The notes under the pieces were generated by a model. That model searched no databases, was not told the origin of the DNA, and saw only the letters and a program-made list of their open reading frames with translations. Below, piece after piece: positions 51,490 to 64,000 of a stretch of 64,000 nt of DNA (positions within the stretch are counted from its first letter, which is position 1; every line of letters starts with the position of its first letter). The stretch spans positions 16,901,923 to 16,965,922 of the forward strand of contig NC_090412.1 of the NCBI RefSeq assembly GCF_036365525.1, read 5' to 3'. This DNA is from Heterodontus francisci (lineage: Eukaryota). A program made the position numbers and the translations under genes.

Positions 51490-53355
51490 GAATATCTTGG
51501 AGGGTTGTAGGGCTGAAGGAGATTACAGAGATAAGAAGGGGTGAGGCCATAGAGGGACTTGAGAATAAGGGTGAAGGTTTAAAATTGAGGCACTGCTTAA
51601 CGGGGAGCCAGTGTAGGTCAGTGAGCACATGGGCGATGGGTGAATGGAACTTGGTGCGAGTTATGATACGGGCAGCAAAGTTTTGAACGAGGTTAAGTTT
51701 ATGGAGGGTGAACATTAGGTGGCCAGCCAGGAGGGCACTGGAATTGTTAAGTCTAGAAGTAACAAAGGCATGGATGAGGCTTTCAGAAGCAGATGAACAG
51801 AGGTAGGGGCGGAGTTGGGCGATGTTACTGAGGTGGAAACAGGCAGCCTTAGTGATGATGCGGATAATGTGGTCAGTAGCTCAGCTCAGGGTCAAATATG
51901 ACACCAAGGTTGTGAACAGAATGGTTTAGTCTCAGACAATTGCCAGGGAAGCGGGATGGAGTTAGTGACTCTGGAACAGAGTTTGCGGTGGGGTCAAAAG
52001 CAATAACTTTGTTCTTGCAAATACTTAGTAGGAAGAAATTTCTGCTTATCCAGTATTAGGTGCTGCACAAGCAGTGCAGCAATTTAGAGATGGAATGAAA
52101 TGGGTGGTGGTGAGGTAGAGCTTGGTGTTGTCAGAGTATGTATGGAACATGACACTTTTATCTGGAAGATGTCACTGAGTGGTATTGTGTAAATAAGAAA
52201 TAGGAGGGGGAGTTAAGTATAGATTCTTAGGGGAACAACAGGAAGAGAAGCCACTGCAGGTGATTTTCTGGCCACAACTGAATAGGTAAAGGGGCGGCCC
52301 AGTGGTTAGCACTGCAGCCTCACAGCTCCAGGGACCCGGGTTCGATTCTGGGTACTGCCTGTGCGGAGTTTGCAAGTTCTCCCTGTGTCTGCGTGGGTTT
52401 TTGCCAGGTGCTCCGGTTTCCTCCCACATCCAAAGACTTGCAGGTGATAGGTAAATTGGCCATTGTAAATTGCCCCTAGTGTAGGGAGGTGATAGGGAAT
52501 ATGGGATTACTGTAGGGTCAGTGGTTGCTGGTCGGCACAGACTCGGTGGGCCGAATGGCCTGTTTCAGCGCTGTATCTCTAAATAAAAATAAAATAAAAT
52601 AAAAATGGAACCAGGCAAATGCACTCTTACCCAGCTGGTGGAGAGACTTTGGAGGAGGATGGTGTGGTCAACCACGTCAAAGGCCACATAGGATGTCAGT
52701 TATGACTTTGGTAAGAGCCGTTTCAGTACTGTAGCGGGGCAGAAACTCGATTGAAGGGATTTGAACATGGAGTTCTGGGAAAGATAGGCATGGATTTGGG
52801 GGGGGGGGGGCGGGGTGGGCGCGATGACACGTTTGAGGACTTTGGAAAGGAATGAAAGGTAGAAGATGGGGCAATATTCTGAAAGGTCAGAGGTTTATTT
52901 TTGAGAGAGGTAATGACACAGGTTTGAAGCAGAGGGGGAAACAGTACCCGAGGAGAGAGAACCATTAACAATATCAACAACAACTCATTTATATGCTGTT
53001 GTTGTAATATCAGCTAACACAGGGAAGTTGTATGGTCAGCAGTTTAGTGGGAATAGGGTCAAGGGAACAGGAGGTGGGTCTCATGGACAAGATGAGCTCA
53101 GAGAAGGCATCGGGGAAATGGGAGAGGCACGAGTGAAAAATGAGAGTAGAGGAAGTCTGGGTTGGTGCGCTAGGGGAAGGGAGGGAGACAGCAGAGGCAG
53201 ATGAACAGATGGTGTCAACCTTAGTGACAAAGAAGTTCATGATCTTCTCACACTTCTTGTCGGAGGTGAGGGTGGAGGAGGCAGGAGAGAGGGATTTAAG
53301 GTGACCTAAGGCAGAGAAAAGCAGCTGGGGGTTAAGTTTGCATTCCAGGATGACT
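51490..53355 (-). mobile_element. Long L2-type LINE fragment (RT region), interrupted by a SINE
   Basis: Minus-strand motifs STETALTKV, SCSLDPIPTKLL, VQNFAARIITRTK. Confidence 0.85.
52291..52605 (+). mobile_element. HE1-like V-SINE nested in L2
   Basis: Same family as 8371, with (TAAAA)n tail. Confidence 0.9.
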
Positions 53356-53620
53356 GCACACCAGGAGTGAAGCCTTGCTGAGCTTGCCCCTCATTCTAAT
53401 TTTACCACGGGGCTGATAGTGGGCTAAACAAATTGGGCCAAAGATAATGTGAAGCAAGTATATTTTGTGTAGATCAGCTAAATAATTGATCCATTCTGTA
53501 TATTAAAGTATCAGTTAATTACACTGCCACTTTTAATTGCAAATACTTAATTTTCCAGACGCTTAAGTACCCAAGTAGATTTTGGGATAAATCGTTGAAA
53601 AAAGTAGTCAAAAAGGATAT

Positions 53621-53685
53621 CCTGGCATCATGAACTTCAATAATACAATCCACTTTTTTCAGACTGGCTTGCATCTTTTTAAGTC
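53621..53685 (-). CDS. MTG1: MTG1 exon 2 (GLKKMQASLKKVDCIIEVHDAR)
   Basis: ctctag acceptor; 65 nt; followed by ATATCCTTT. Confidence 0.95.
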
Positions 53686-54504
53686 CTAGAGTAAAATATA
53701 ACAGAAACAGGCTTCAGGTTACGGTGTGTAGTTCTGTAAAGTAAAAAGAATCAACCTGTTTCCCCATTATTGGCAAATTGGTTCCCAAACGCAGTTATTG
53801 GGTACATGGTCAAGGAAAGCACTTCTTTCACAGCATGTGGGGGTAAGTTTTGAAGGGGTTTTCCTGCTTTTTTACCTTAACCACACCAGTTAAAGGGGTT
53901 GGTTACCACAGTTGCTCTCAACCACCTTCTGGATGGAAGCCTGTCAGCGTAGCCTGGCCTGCGATAAACAAGGCAGCCCTTTCAGCCAAGAATAGTTACA
54001 GAAATGTGTAATAATATATCAAAGGAAAAAAAAATCACTAACAGATTTAAAATTTTTGACTTTAAATGCCTTATTAAGGGATGAGTAAAATGCTACAGTA
54101 AGCAATTCAAGCAAAATCACATGAGATCTGAACTTCGATCTGGCCCAGGCTGCTGGAAGGAAGCCTCCTCTGCTAATCCTGTCAAGATCCAATGTGCAAT
54201 GTGTTTGGCAACCTTAACCCAGCAACTAGTGGGATGAGTACACAGCACAGAGGTCCCCACAATTGGGCACAAGCCAGCATACTCACTCAGAGGCCACAAG
54301 AATGGCTGGCATGGATAATGGGAGGTATTCACACTGGGGCAGTAAATGTGCTTTTCTGAGACACACTGAGGCAGAAGAGAAGGAGCTTTATTTTCCACTT
54401 GTCACAGAAAAATGTACAAATCCAGTGACAGGTCAACAGACATTCATACACGGACTTCACGGGGTTCAAATAATTCAATTTCAAGACCTATGGTCTTAAG
54501 AAGC

Positions 54505-54875
54505 TAAAGACCACATCCACTAGCTTAAGCATCCACTCCCTCCACAACCAGCACACCATGACTGCAGTGTACATTCCATCTGCAGGATCCATTGCAACAA
54601 GTTGCCAAAGCTTCTTCAGCAGCACCTCCCAAAGCCACAAACTCCCACACTGAGAAGAACAAGGGCAGCAGATTCTGGGGAATACCACCATTTCAAAATT
54701 CCCCTCTAAGCCACACTTCATGAATTCACTGTCGCTGGGTCAAAATCCTGGAACTCCCTACTCAACAGTAGCGTGGGAACACCTTCACCACACAGACTGC
54801 AGCAGCTCAAGACTGCACCACCACCTTAACTGGGAATAAATGGCAGTCTTGCCAGTGACACTGACAGGCTAAGAA
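54505..54875 (+). mobile_element. CR1-clade LINE 3' fragment
   Basis: Reverse orientation of the family at 44225-44880. Confidence 0.7.
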
Positions 54876-56463
54876 TGATGATTAAAAACTCCATGGGGAA
54901 CTGTTTTGTGCCTGGCACCAAGGCATTTGTTTCATTGAATAATTGAAACATTGCCCAAACTTCAAACGAATTATGATATTCAAACAAAAAAATGTTGAAA
55001 CAAAAATTCAAATAAGTTCAGTGGAGATGTTTAACAGTGCTATGGCTGGGAGATATTTAAAACCCTGTTACAGTCATGCCCTCATATTATAACTGATCTT
55101 CCAGGAAATAGACGTACATCAACTAGGCTATGACAATATAAGGAGCTAAGCAATAAAGCTACGATTATAAAAAAAATAAGCAAGATACAAGAAAGCTGAA
55201 GAATGATACATTATTTTCAGGTCAACCTGAGCAGACCACACAAAACTCAACAGGCTAGCAAAAGGAAAATTAACAGCAGAAAGGTCACAATGAGCAAGTG
55301 TGCGGCCAGTGACACAAGTGACTGTAGACTTAATTCATGTGATTAAGGACACTTGATTGATGACGTAATAAAGATGTGTGACACCTAATAAAGAAAAGCC
55401 CAAACATATGGACGGAGCCTTTATATTTTTGCAGATGATGACTCACTGGTGTCAACTACCTAACTGGATTGCCTGCTTGCAGTGTTGTTATTACTAATGG
55501 ATTTTAATAGATGTACACGCTATTATAGCACAATGTTGTCACTAAATAGTCAAAATCCACAGGAGCTTCCATGAAGCCTGGTTAATCTTCCATTTTTTGC
55601 AAGGAACAGTTATGCAGACATGTTACTGTGACAGAGACCGAGCGCTGTCTCCGAAATACATTAGCCTAAGAACAGAGGTGTTAAAACTGGGGTGTCTGGA
55701 CTTTAGGGAGCCAACTGGCATGCTTATTTCTGTCCATGCGTCATTAGATTTCACCATGTTTCTGTGTGCTGTTGACTCATATGTTCTGCAATAATGGCAC
55801 TGTATTCTTTTCAGTAGCTAGCACTGTTTTTTGGAAGTTAGTACGTCAACATTTTGAGGCAGTTTGAGCAACACTGATATTTATACCTCTGTCCTCACTT
55901 TCAGAGGGATTGCAAACTCTTATTTTATTGCTGTCTAGTTTTTTTTTAGATTTCTGAGGGTAATTAACGTTTTGGCAGTGGAGATCCACATTAGCAATAT
56001 GCAAACTGCTCGTCGCCTTTTAGTTTTAGACAAGGCATTTGACTGATATCACAGGGCTCAAGCAAATCTTAAGACAGATTCAATGAAAGGTGTGTTGATG
56101 CAATGTTTCACAGACGGGTTCTTTAGCTGCCAATCATGTAAGGAAGCCTGCAATTAGACAGCACAGCAGCTTTTGTGATTTTGGGTGACAGGGAGGTGCC
56201 GAACACGTCAAACACAGAGACTCAATAGTTGTTGACACGGGATACGTAACTGTGACATGTAACAGTGACATAGCCTGCGCACCCATTTACACCTATGGAG
56301 CTGTGATCATTTGTCTATAAACTGACTATAAGCCAAAATGTTGTGCATCGCCTTTTTAAAAACATAAGTGACTATCACTCAATGACACTTGCTGGCTTCA
56401 GACTTGTCTGACATTCCTATTTAAACTAATATTTCCTGACTATCATTGTCAGTTAAACTATAT

Positions 56464-56800
56464 GGGGTGGCACAGTGGCTAGCACTGCAGCCTCACAGCT
56501 CCAGCGACCCGGGTTCAGTTCCGGGTACTGCCTGTGCAGAGTTTGCAAGTTCTCCCTGTTACCGTGTGGGTTTTCGCCAGGTGCTCTGGTTTCCTCCCAC
56601 AGCCAAAGACTTGCAGGTTGATAGGTAAATTGGCCATTGTAAATTGCCCCTAGTGTAGGTAGGTGGTAGGAGAATTGTGGGGATGTGGTAGGGAATATGG
56701 GATTAATATAGGATTAGTATAAATGGGTGGTTGACGGTCGGCACAGACTCGGTGGGCCGAAGGGCCTGTTTCAGTGCTGTATGACTCTATGACTATGACT
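56464..56800 (+). mobile_element. HE1-like V-SINE, subfamily with (ATGACT)n tail
   Basis: Same body as 8371 with an extra internal segment and a different tail. Confidence 0.88.
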
Positions 56801-56824
56801 TTACATCAGAGCTGTCAAGATGAA

Positions 56825-57510
56825 GTAACATAGGAGCAGCAGTTGGCCATTCAGCCCATCAAGCCTGCTCTGCCATTCAATTAGATCGTGGCTGATCAAC
56901 TACCTCGATGCCACTTTCCCGCACTATCCCCATATCCCTTGATCTCATTAGTATCCAGATACCTATCTGTCTTGAACATAGAACCATAGAGAAGTTATGG
57001 TACAGAAAGAGGCCATTCAGCCCATTCTATCTGCGCTGTCTGAAAAAACTAGCCACCCATTCTAATCCCACCTTCCAGCACCTGGTCCGTAACCTTGCAG
57101 GTTACAGCACTTCAGGTGCAGGTCCAGGTCCCTTTTAAATGAGTTGAGGATTTCTGCCTCCACCACCGATCCAGGCAGTGACTTCCAGACATCCTCCACA
57201 CTCCGGGTGAAAAAGTTTTCCTCATGTCCCCTCTAATTCTACTACCAATCCCCTTAAATCTGTGACCCTGGTAATTGACCTCTCCACTAGCGGAAACACA
57301 TACTTTCTATCTACTCGATCTAGGCCCCTCATAATTTTGTACACCTCAATTAAGCCACCTCTCAGCCTCCTCTGTTCTAAACAACCCTGGCCTTTCCAAT
57401 CAATGATTGAGCTTCCACAGCCCTCTGGAGTAGAGAATTCCAAAGATTCACCACCCTCTGAGTGAAGAACTTTCTCCTCACCTCAGTCTTAAATGGCCTA
57501 CCCCTTAAAG
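56825..57510 (-). mobile_element. Nested CR1 3' fragments
   Basis: One CR1 tail interrupted at ~56978-57400 by another (LEQRRLRGGLIEVYKIMRGLDRVD). Confidence 0.75.
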
Positions 57511-58189
57511 AATTTAGTAAGTTTCAATGAGAAAAATAATAGGACCATGAATTTGCAAACCCATTTAAATATATGCAATTATTCAATTTCGTTTTAAAGT
57601 GACAGCACACATCAAATACTATAAGTGGCATTTTAAAATCATGACAACTGAGCTATTTAGCAGATCTTGACTCCAATTTAATGTCTGAATTTAAAAACTT
57701 TACTACCACTGTCAGATTAATAACAACTGCTAACAATGATGAAATGTCAGAAGTGATATTGACCAAAATGTCATTTATTTTTCAGAGGGAGATACAACAA
57801 AACTAATCACAGATGACAATCATTTATATAACATTGGGGTCTAGATTCAAACTTAGTGTACTTGTTCAAACTAAAATTTCATGAACATTCTCAAGATGTG
57901 ACACGAGAGACCTCATAGGAGTGTACATGATATAAATAGCATAAAGTGGGAGCACTGCAGTGTAAGTTAAAGCACAGAAGTGCTGCAATAGGCAAATTAC
58001 AATTTGGATAGATATCGGTAAGACCTTCTTATGCAACATGTACACTTGATGGCTTGCCTCAATCTCACCTTTGGCTTGGATGATTGTGGGTTCAAGCCCC
58101 ACACCAGGACTTCAGCATGTAGCTGATGTGCTGGCTCTTTGAAATAGCATCCGTGCTTAGTCCCACATCCCATCTTTTTATACATAATC

Positions 58190-58885
58190 CTGTAAATTGC
58201 TCATTCTCACGTGTCCAACTCCTTTAAAAAAAATTTCTATGAAATCAGCTTCCACCACCTTTTCAGGTATAGCGTTTGAGATCCCAACAACTGAGTGAGA
58301 AGATTTTTCATCATCTCCCCATTGGATCCTTTTTGAAAAATTTTGAATTTATGACCTCCAGTTATTGATCCAATAGTCAGAGAAAATATTCTGTCCCTAA
58401 TTACAAAAACTATCACCTTGAAAACCTCTACTAGGTCACCTCTTAACCTTCTCCGTTCCAAGGAGAACAATCCTAACCTTTTCGACCTCTCTCATCACTG
58501 CAAGTCCCTCATCCTTGGTGACATTCTGGTAAACCTCCTCTGTACCCTTTCTGAGGCCTTTACATCTTTCCTTCAGTGTGCTGCCCTGAATTGTTCACAA
58601 GACTCCAGCTGAGGCCTAACCAGTGATTTATAAAGTTCATCAGCTGCTGAAATCTTCATCCGTGCCTTTGTTACCTCGGGACTTGACTTTTCCAACGCTT
58701 GCCTAGCCGGCCTTCCACATTCTACCCTCCATCAACTTGAGGTCATCTAAAACTCTGCTGCTTGTGTCTTAACTCACACCAAGTCCCATTCATCCATCAC
58801 CCCCTGTGCTCCATGACCCACACTGGCTCCTGCTCAAGCAACGCTTTGATTTTAAAATTCTCATCCTAGCTTTCAAATCCCTCCG
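58190..58885. mobile_element. CR1 fragment (minus, to ~58635) joined to an L2 fragment (plus)
   Basis: FSLERRRLRGDLVEVFK on minus; aactcacaccaagtcccattcatccatcacccc on plus. Confidence 0.75.
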
Positions 58886-59029
58886 CCCTACCCCCGGTGG
58901 TCAAAATTCGAGTGTTTATTCAGACTGAACATCAAACTTCTGTCCAGACCCACTGACTGACTTTAAACCCCAGGAGCAGCTGAAGCTCCATTTTGATGGA
59001 CGTCCTCTGACCAGTGGAGCCTGGCCTGG

Positions 59030-59470
59030 GGCAATGCACACACCCACCGACCCCCCGCACCTTTCGCCATGTGTCCGGGGAACCATTTGGCCAGGTCGCG
59101 GTTGCCGAAGTCGAAGCTCTGTCGGACCCGGAGGGCGGCCTGCGCCGCTCGGCAGCTCATAGGCCTCCAGCCGGTCCCGCCAGCTCCTGCAGCCGGCGGC
59201 TTCTCACTCGATGGCCGAAGCCTGGCCCTCGCCCCCGCTCGCGCTCGCTTAGCCCCTGCACAACCCCGAGCAGCAGCAGCTCTCTCCCGGAGGCCGAACC
59301 GTCCCCTCCGCCTCACAGCGGGGCAGGGACCGTCTCCAAATCACCCTTAGCCAACAAAAGCGCACAAACCGCACCAACACACTGTCAATGCACGTGTGGG
59401 AGTGACGCTTCCGGAGCAAAACTCAGCGATTGGATTACAATGCTGCGCAAACCTTTCCATTTATCCGCTT
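59030..59470 (-). promoter_or_regulatory. MTG1: MTG1 CpG-island promoter
   Basis: High GC/CpG; E-box CACGTG at 59391, ETS plus half-CRE CCGGAAGCGTCAC at 59402-59414, CCAAT near 59430. Confidence 0.7.
59061..59160 (-). CDS. MTG1: MTG1 exon 1 (MSCRAAQAALRVRQSFDFGNRDLAKWFPGHMAK)
   Basis: WFPGHM motif of RbgA/MTG1; G|GTGCGG donor. Confidence 0.93.
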
Positions 59471-59689
59471 AATTCTACATATAACTTACAGTTGTCATGA
59501 TTTTTAGGTCAGGTTTTTCTGGCAACACTTGCCATTCGATTTTGCTATGTCAACTGTCACACTGTAATGGCACACACTGGCCACTACGTGGATTTGTAAA
59601 GTTACTGAAGAATCAACTTTGTTGTTACTTTGTAGAAAAATACTATATATTCACGAACCGATTGTGAGCAATGCAATGAGGTGTTTTTT

Positions 59690-60045
59690 GATTCGTTGGC
59701 AAAGCCATCTAATTGTCCTTGAACTGAGTGACTTGCATAGGCCATTTCAGAGGGCAGTTAAGAGTCAACCACATTGCTGTGGGTCTGGAGTCACATGTAG
59801 GCCAGACCAGGTAAGAACAGCAGATTTCCTTCCCTAAAGGACATTAGTGAACCAGATGGGTTTTTAAACAACCACCAATGATAGCTTCATGGCACCCTTA
59901 CTGAGACTAGTTTTCAATTCCATATTTTTATTCAGTAATTGAATTCAAATTCCACCAGCTGCCATGGTGGGAATTGAACCCATGTCCCCAAAAGACATAG
60001 GCCTGGGGCTCTAGATTACTAGTCCAGTGACATTACCACACCACA
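59690..60045 (-). mobile_element. tRNA-derived SINE (same family as 14100-14500)
   Basis: gaactgagtgacttgc..ggccatttcagagggcagttaagagtcaaccacattgctgtg. Confidence 0.7.
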
Positions 60046-63000
60046 TATAAAATTTGGTAATTGTTAATTTGTAAGTACCGTCTGAACAAAAAGTGCATGA
60101 CTTTACAAAAGGGAGACAAACCTTATCTCACTTGCTTTATTTGGACATGACTTTTGTAACGAAATTGCTAGATTTAGAAAAAACGTTTTTTTTTTTGAGT
60201 ACTATAGTTGTTGCTATCTTTTGTCAACACCTAAACTGGCCAGATTCTTCAGTCCTGGTTCGAGGTCTAATGTTCTCTTTAATTAATGTCTCACTGAGAA
60301 TCTCAATTGATGCACCCGAGACCATTATATTCTCAATGTGGGCAACAGTGGCAAGACTGCATTTATTATCTATCCCTGGTTGCCCTGCAAAGATGGGTGA
60401 TGGACTGCCTCTTATGTAGTTCCTCTGATGAAGGTACTTCAATGACAGTATGAGCCAGGGAATTGTTGGATTTTAAGCCAGTGATGATGAAGCAATGATA
60501 ACAGATGTCCTAGATGGCATGGTATTGACTTTGTGACTTGCAGATGTATATATTTCCATGATGTTGCTTCTCATGCCCTTCTCAGTAGTAGAGGTTGCAG
60601 GCCAGGGAAATGCTGTTTAATGTGGAATTCCATTTGCCATTAAATTTTTCTAGATGTGTTTCAAAATGGCAATTTAATGACATATAAATGCCACAAACTT
60701 AGACTGCCTAGTAAAAATTTAACAGATTTATACAGACATTTGATAGTTTTATTTTTTTCAGAAATAGAAAATGGATTTACAAGTGGCTAGGAAACTCACA
60801 GGTTGTGTGTAAATTAGAGCAGGAATTTGAAACTCAATCATTTGTTCATAAAGTGCAGCAATTAAGTAAATTTGTAATACCATCGATTAAAGAACAATAC
60901 TGTACCAAAAATGTTGATTTTTCAACTATATTTATTGAAAAATTTGTAGCAACTTTAAGCACAAACCCCTTTTTCAATTCTGGCAAATAATGACATTGGA
61001 GTTGTGATTCACAGAATGTACTGCAAAACAATTCAGCCCCAGGTTGTTAGGCATTAAAAATTTGTTGATGGTTGATTAGTGATGGATATTGCCATCTCTG
61101 ATCTCACATAATAATCTGAAGTAAATCTGCAACATCTGCTGCTCCTTCAGTACAGTATTTAGTTTTGGTTACCAAGCCATAAGGGAAAGCTTCAAACCAA
61201 GGAGGTGGTGCAAAAATAGAGCCTTTAGTCTTGCAATGGGGCAACTGGGTTTGGGGGGTTGGGGGTGGTTTGGTATAGAAGCTAACAAATTACATGGATG
61301 AGGTTAATCCAGGGCAGTACTTCTTGGTACAGCAGGATAGTGAAAGGTTAAAACTGGTGGAGAAAGTTTACTACAGAGGCCTGGACAAATACTTAGAATG
61401 GTTTTCCAGTTGGGGTTCATTCAAGAGTCATTTAGATTATACAATGGGGAGGGGAAATGTAGATTTTTATCGGTGGCCTCCCTTATCTATATTTATCTTG
61501 TAAACTCCTATTAAGGAAGTTATTGCATGAAGACTCTTAAGTAAAGTACTCTATTGCAGAAACAATACAAATACATTTTTGTTAATATATACCAGATAGC
61601 CATGGAAACATTTTTAATTTAAAGGACACAGAAAAATAAAATAAAAATGACCCTTTCAGCCTAAGGAAGCTTGTCTCTCCAGTATGCTAACTTTCCTAGC
61701 CTAACATTCAACTGTATTTTCAACAGCCTAATGTACTTCATCCTATTCACTTGCCTGACATATTATTGCAATAGTTGATCACCTCGAGAAAAGATTTCCT
61801 CTGTATCCTATATATAGCTAGATTATAAATGTGCTCTTTATAAATACATTTTCAATATCGCTACTATACATAATGCACAAAGGTAAAACAACTGAGAACA
61901 AGAGGTTCTGGGGAGAGGAAACCCAAATTATTTGTAGTTTAAGCAAGTTTTGTAAATATCTATGAGGCACGTGTCTTTCAATATCAGTAAAATGTGCAGC
62001 ATTTCAGTCATATGATATATTGCTTCAATAAATTTGCTGTTACAGCAGTTGGCAAATAACTGTTCCCATTAAGTTGCCACAGCACTGTGATAAGCATTAG
62101 AAATTATATTCCAGGTACAGTACTGGACTACCCCTGATCAATGCCACATGAGATCTACTAGTTAATTTTAAAAATAAATTATGAATGTTGCTATTAAGTT
62201 AGCTTTTTGGCTTCTGGTAATCATATGATTATTCCAAAAGGTGATGTTGCTTTCAGGCAATATTAACCAAACTTAATCATGAAAACATTCCTAATACAAA
62301 TGTGAAGATTAAGATTTTTCCTGGCAGGGCCAAGAAATGTAGAGTGGGCAGCGTTGCAGTAATTCAACTTGTTTCATTTTGTACTGTAATGGTAGTTGGC
62401 TATCTTTCAACTCTAGCTCTGGTATTTGCTTGAACAGGTTATCCTACAGTGGGGGTTCTCACTGACCTTGTCTTTCATCTCTCCTGCCTTTATTCGACTT
62501 TCCATATTGGCTTTCCCACCATGTGAAAGACCCTCTTGTGCTGCCGCCACTGCTGGCTATTTTTCCCCATTCTGTGGCATTGTCTGACTGAAAATGAGAT
62601 GCTCAGACCTCATGTAGCACCGAGAATTGCTGCTACAAAGATCATAATCTGTACAAAGGGGACAATAGCAGAGGAAAAGAGCTAGTAGGAGTATTGTATA
62701 TGCTAGAGCAGTGAGAAAGACAGAACAATGGTAGTAGGGCAATATGGGAATGGGGATAGATAAAAGCTCAGAGTGAATAAAGTATAGCACAAGCATAGAG
62801 TATAACCTGGCCTGAATCGTGGGATCCACAAGTTTTACTGTTGAAGATGCCCTAGATATTTTGTATACCATGAACAGGTACCTTCTTAAATTCTTTCTTT
62901 CAAAACAATGTTTCTCAAACCTTTTCTACTGGGTGCCACCAATAAATTCATATACTTATATAGCCAACTAAGGACAAAAAGTCTCTGGAACCTTGAATCT

Positions 63001-63173
63001 GTGAAAATACAGTTTTCAGTCCATGCACAGCAATATCATTCATTAAAACATTCTATAATGACTAACCCTTCCAATCTCTAACACAATTTAGATTGTAGGT
63101 TTGGACACCATAAGGATTTTATTAAAGACAGAGATGACAGGTGGACTTTGGTAAAGAATTATGAAGTTTTATA

Positions 63174-63372
63174 TAATAAAAACAAGAAATGCTGGAACCA
63201 CTCAGCAGGTCTGGCAGCATCTGTGGAAAGAGAAGCAGAGTTAACGTTTCGGGTCACTGACCTGAAACGTTAACTCTGCTTCTCTTTCCACAGATGCTGC
63301 CAGACCTGCTGAGTGGTTCCAGCATTTCTTGTTTTTATGTCAGATTTCCAGCATCCGCAGTATTTTTCTTTT
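63174..63372. mobile_element. Fold-back (palindromic) Penelope-like insertion
   Basis: 81-bp arms 63176-63256 and 63258-63338 with one mismatch; 16-bp TSD attatgaagttttata (63158-63173, 63373-63388). Confidence 0.9.
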
Positions 63373-63383
63373 ATTATGAAGTT

Positions 63384-63527
<144 letters not shown>

Positions 63528-64000
63528 CTAACAGTAATAATATAAATAAGGTTATGGAATCACTGTGTTAATCACAAATATATATTCCTGGACTTTTAAT
63601 TTTAAAAGTTTATAAAAAGTTAATATTTCAGAAATGAGGGGAAAGGCAAAATGACCGACCAGTATAGAATACGTGAAGAGGGGGAAACATTTTTTTTTTA
63701 AAGGGTAAAGGATCAATAAAACTACGTTGTAAAAAGGCAAAACTCAAGGTTCACCATTCTTGGAAGTGGAGTCTTCAGAAGTGACAAATACCGTACACAT
63801 GATTTGAAAATCAATTTGTCCATCAGATGGTCTCTCAGTCCAAACAGCTAATATGTGAACTTTGCTGCAGCCAATATAAATTGTGGCCAAAGACGGTGAG
63901 AGAATACGGACAACTGTTATTAACTCTGAAGATGGATTCATTGTTAGTGACAACTGACTGTTTGTAATGATACAGTTATCTAGACAATGGCATAAGAAGT

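Larger units (their letters stand above)
50632..53620 (-). other. MTG1: MTG1 intron 2: U12-type AT-AC intron
   Basis: 5' ATATCCTTTT, branch TCCTTGAC (50651-50644), terminal AC. Confidence 0.93.

Noticed and set aside
58963-59472. Overlapping 93-152 aa ORFs on both strands at the MTG1 start
   Set aside because: Expected in a GC-rich CpG island; only 59061-59160 has family motifs

Overview
Eukaryotic genomic DNA, almost certainly from a cartilaginous fish (shark), judged from HE1-type V-SINEs, shark-type CR1/L2/RTE/Penelope repeats and the protein sequences. I traced four genes exon by exon from splice signals and frame: ECHS1 (minus strand, 8 coding exons, 5361-19711, about 295 aa), SPRN/Shadoo (plus, single coding exon, 28706-29161, 151 aa), MTG1 (minus, 11 coding exons, 35888-59160, 318 aa) and the last exon of PAOX (minus, 63384-63527, ending in the peroxisomal signal AKL; not in the ORF track). 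Highlights: a Penelope-like retroelement family carrying a minimal hammerhead-ribozyme motif, including a near-perfect 81-bp hairpin that folds back exactly at ribozyme helix II and sits just after the PAOX stop codon, plus a 320-nt-unit mini-element in ECHS1 intron 1. Also an AT-AC U12 intron in MTG1, a GC-AG intron with a competing out-of-frame GT donor in ECHS1, a Shadoo with an extra Cys pair and second sequon, a SINE inserted together with a 166-bp copy of nearby intron DNA, a solo LTR and a Harbinger Myb/SANT relic. The first 3.3 kb is a purine-only G-rich satellite with two N gaps. Most short ORFs in the track are repeat-derived or spurious. Family and gene assignments come from recognition, not database searches; repeat boundaries without TSDs are approximate.
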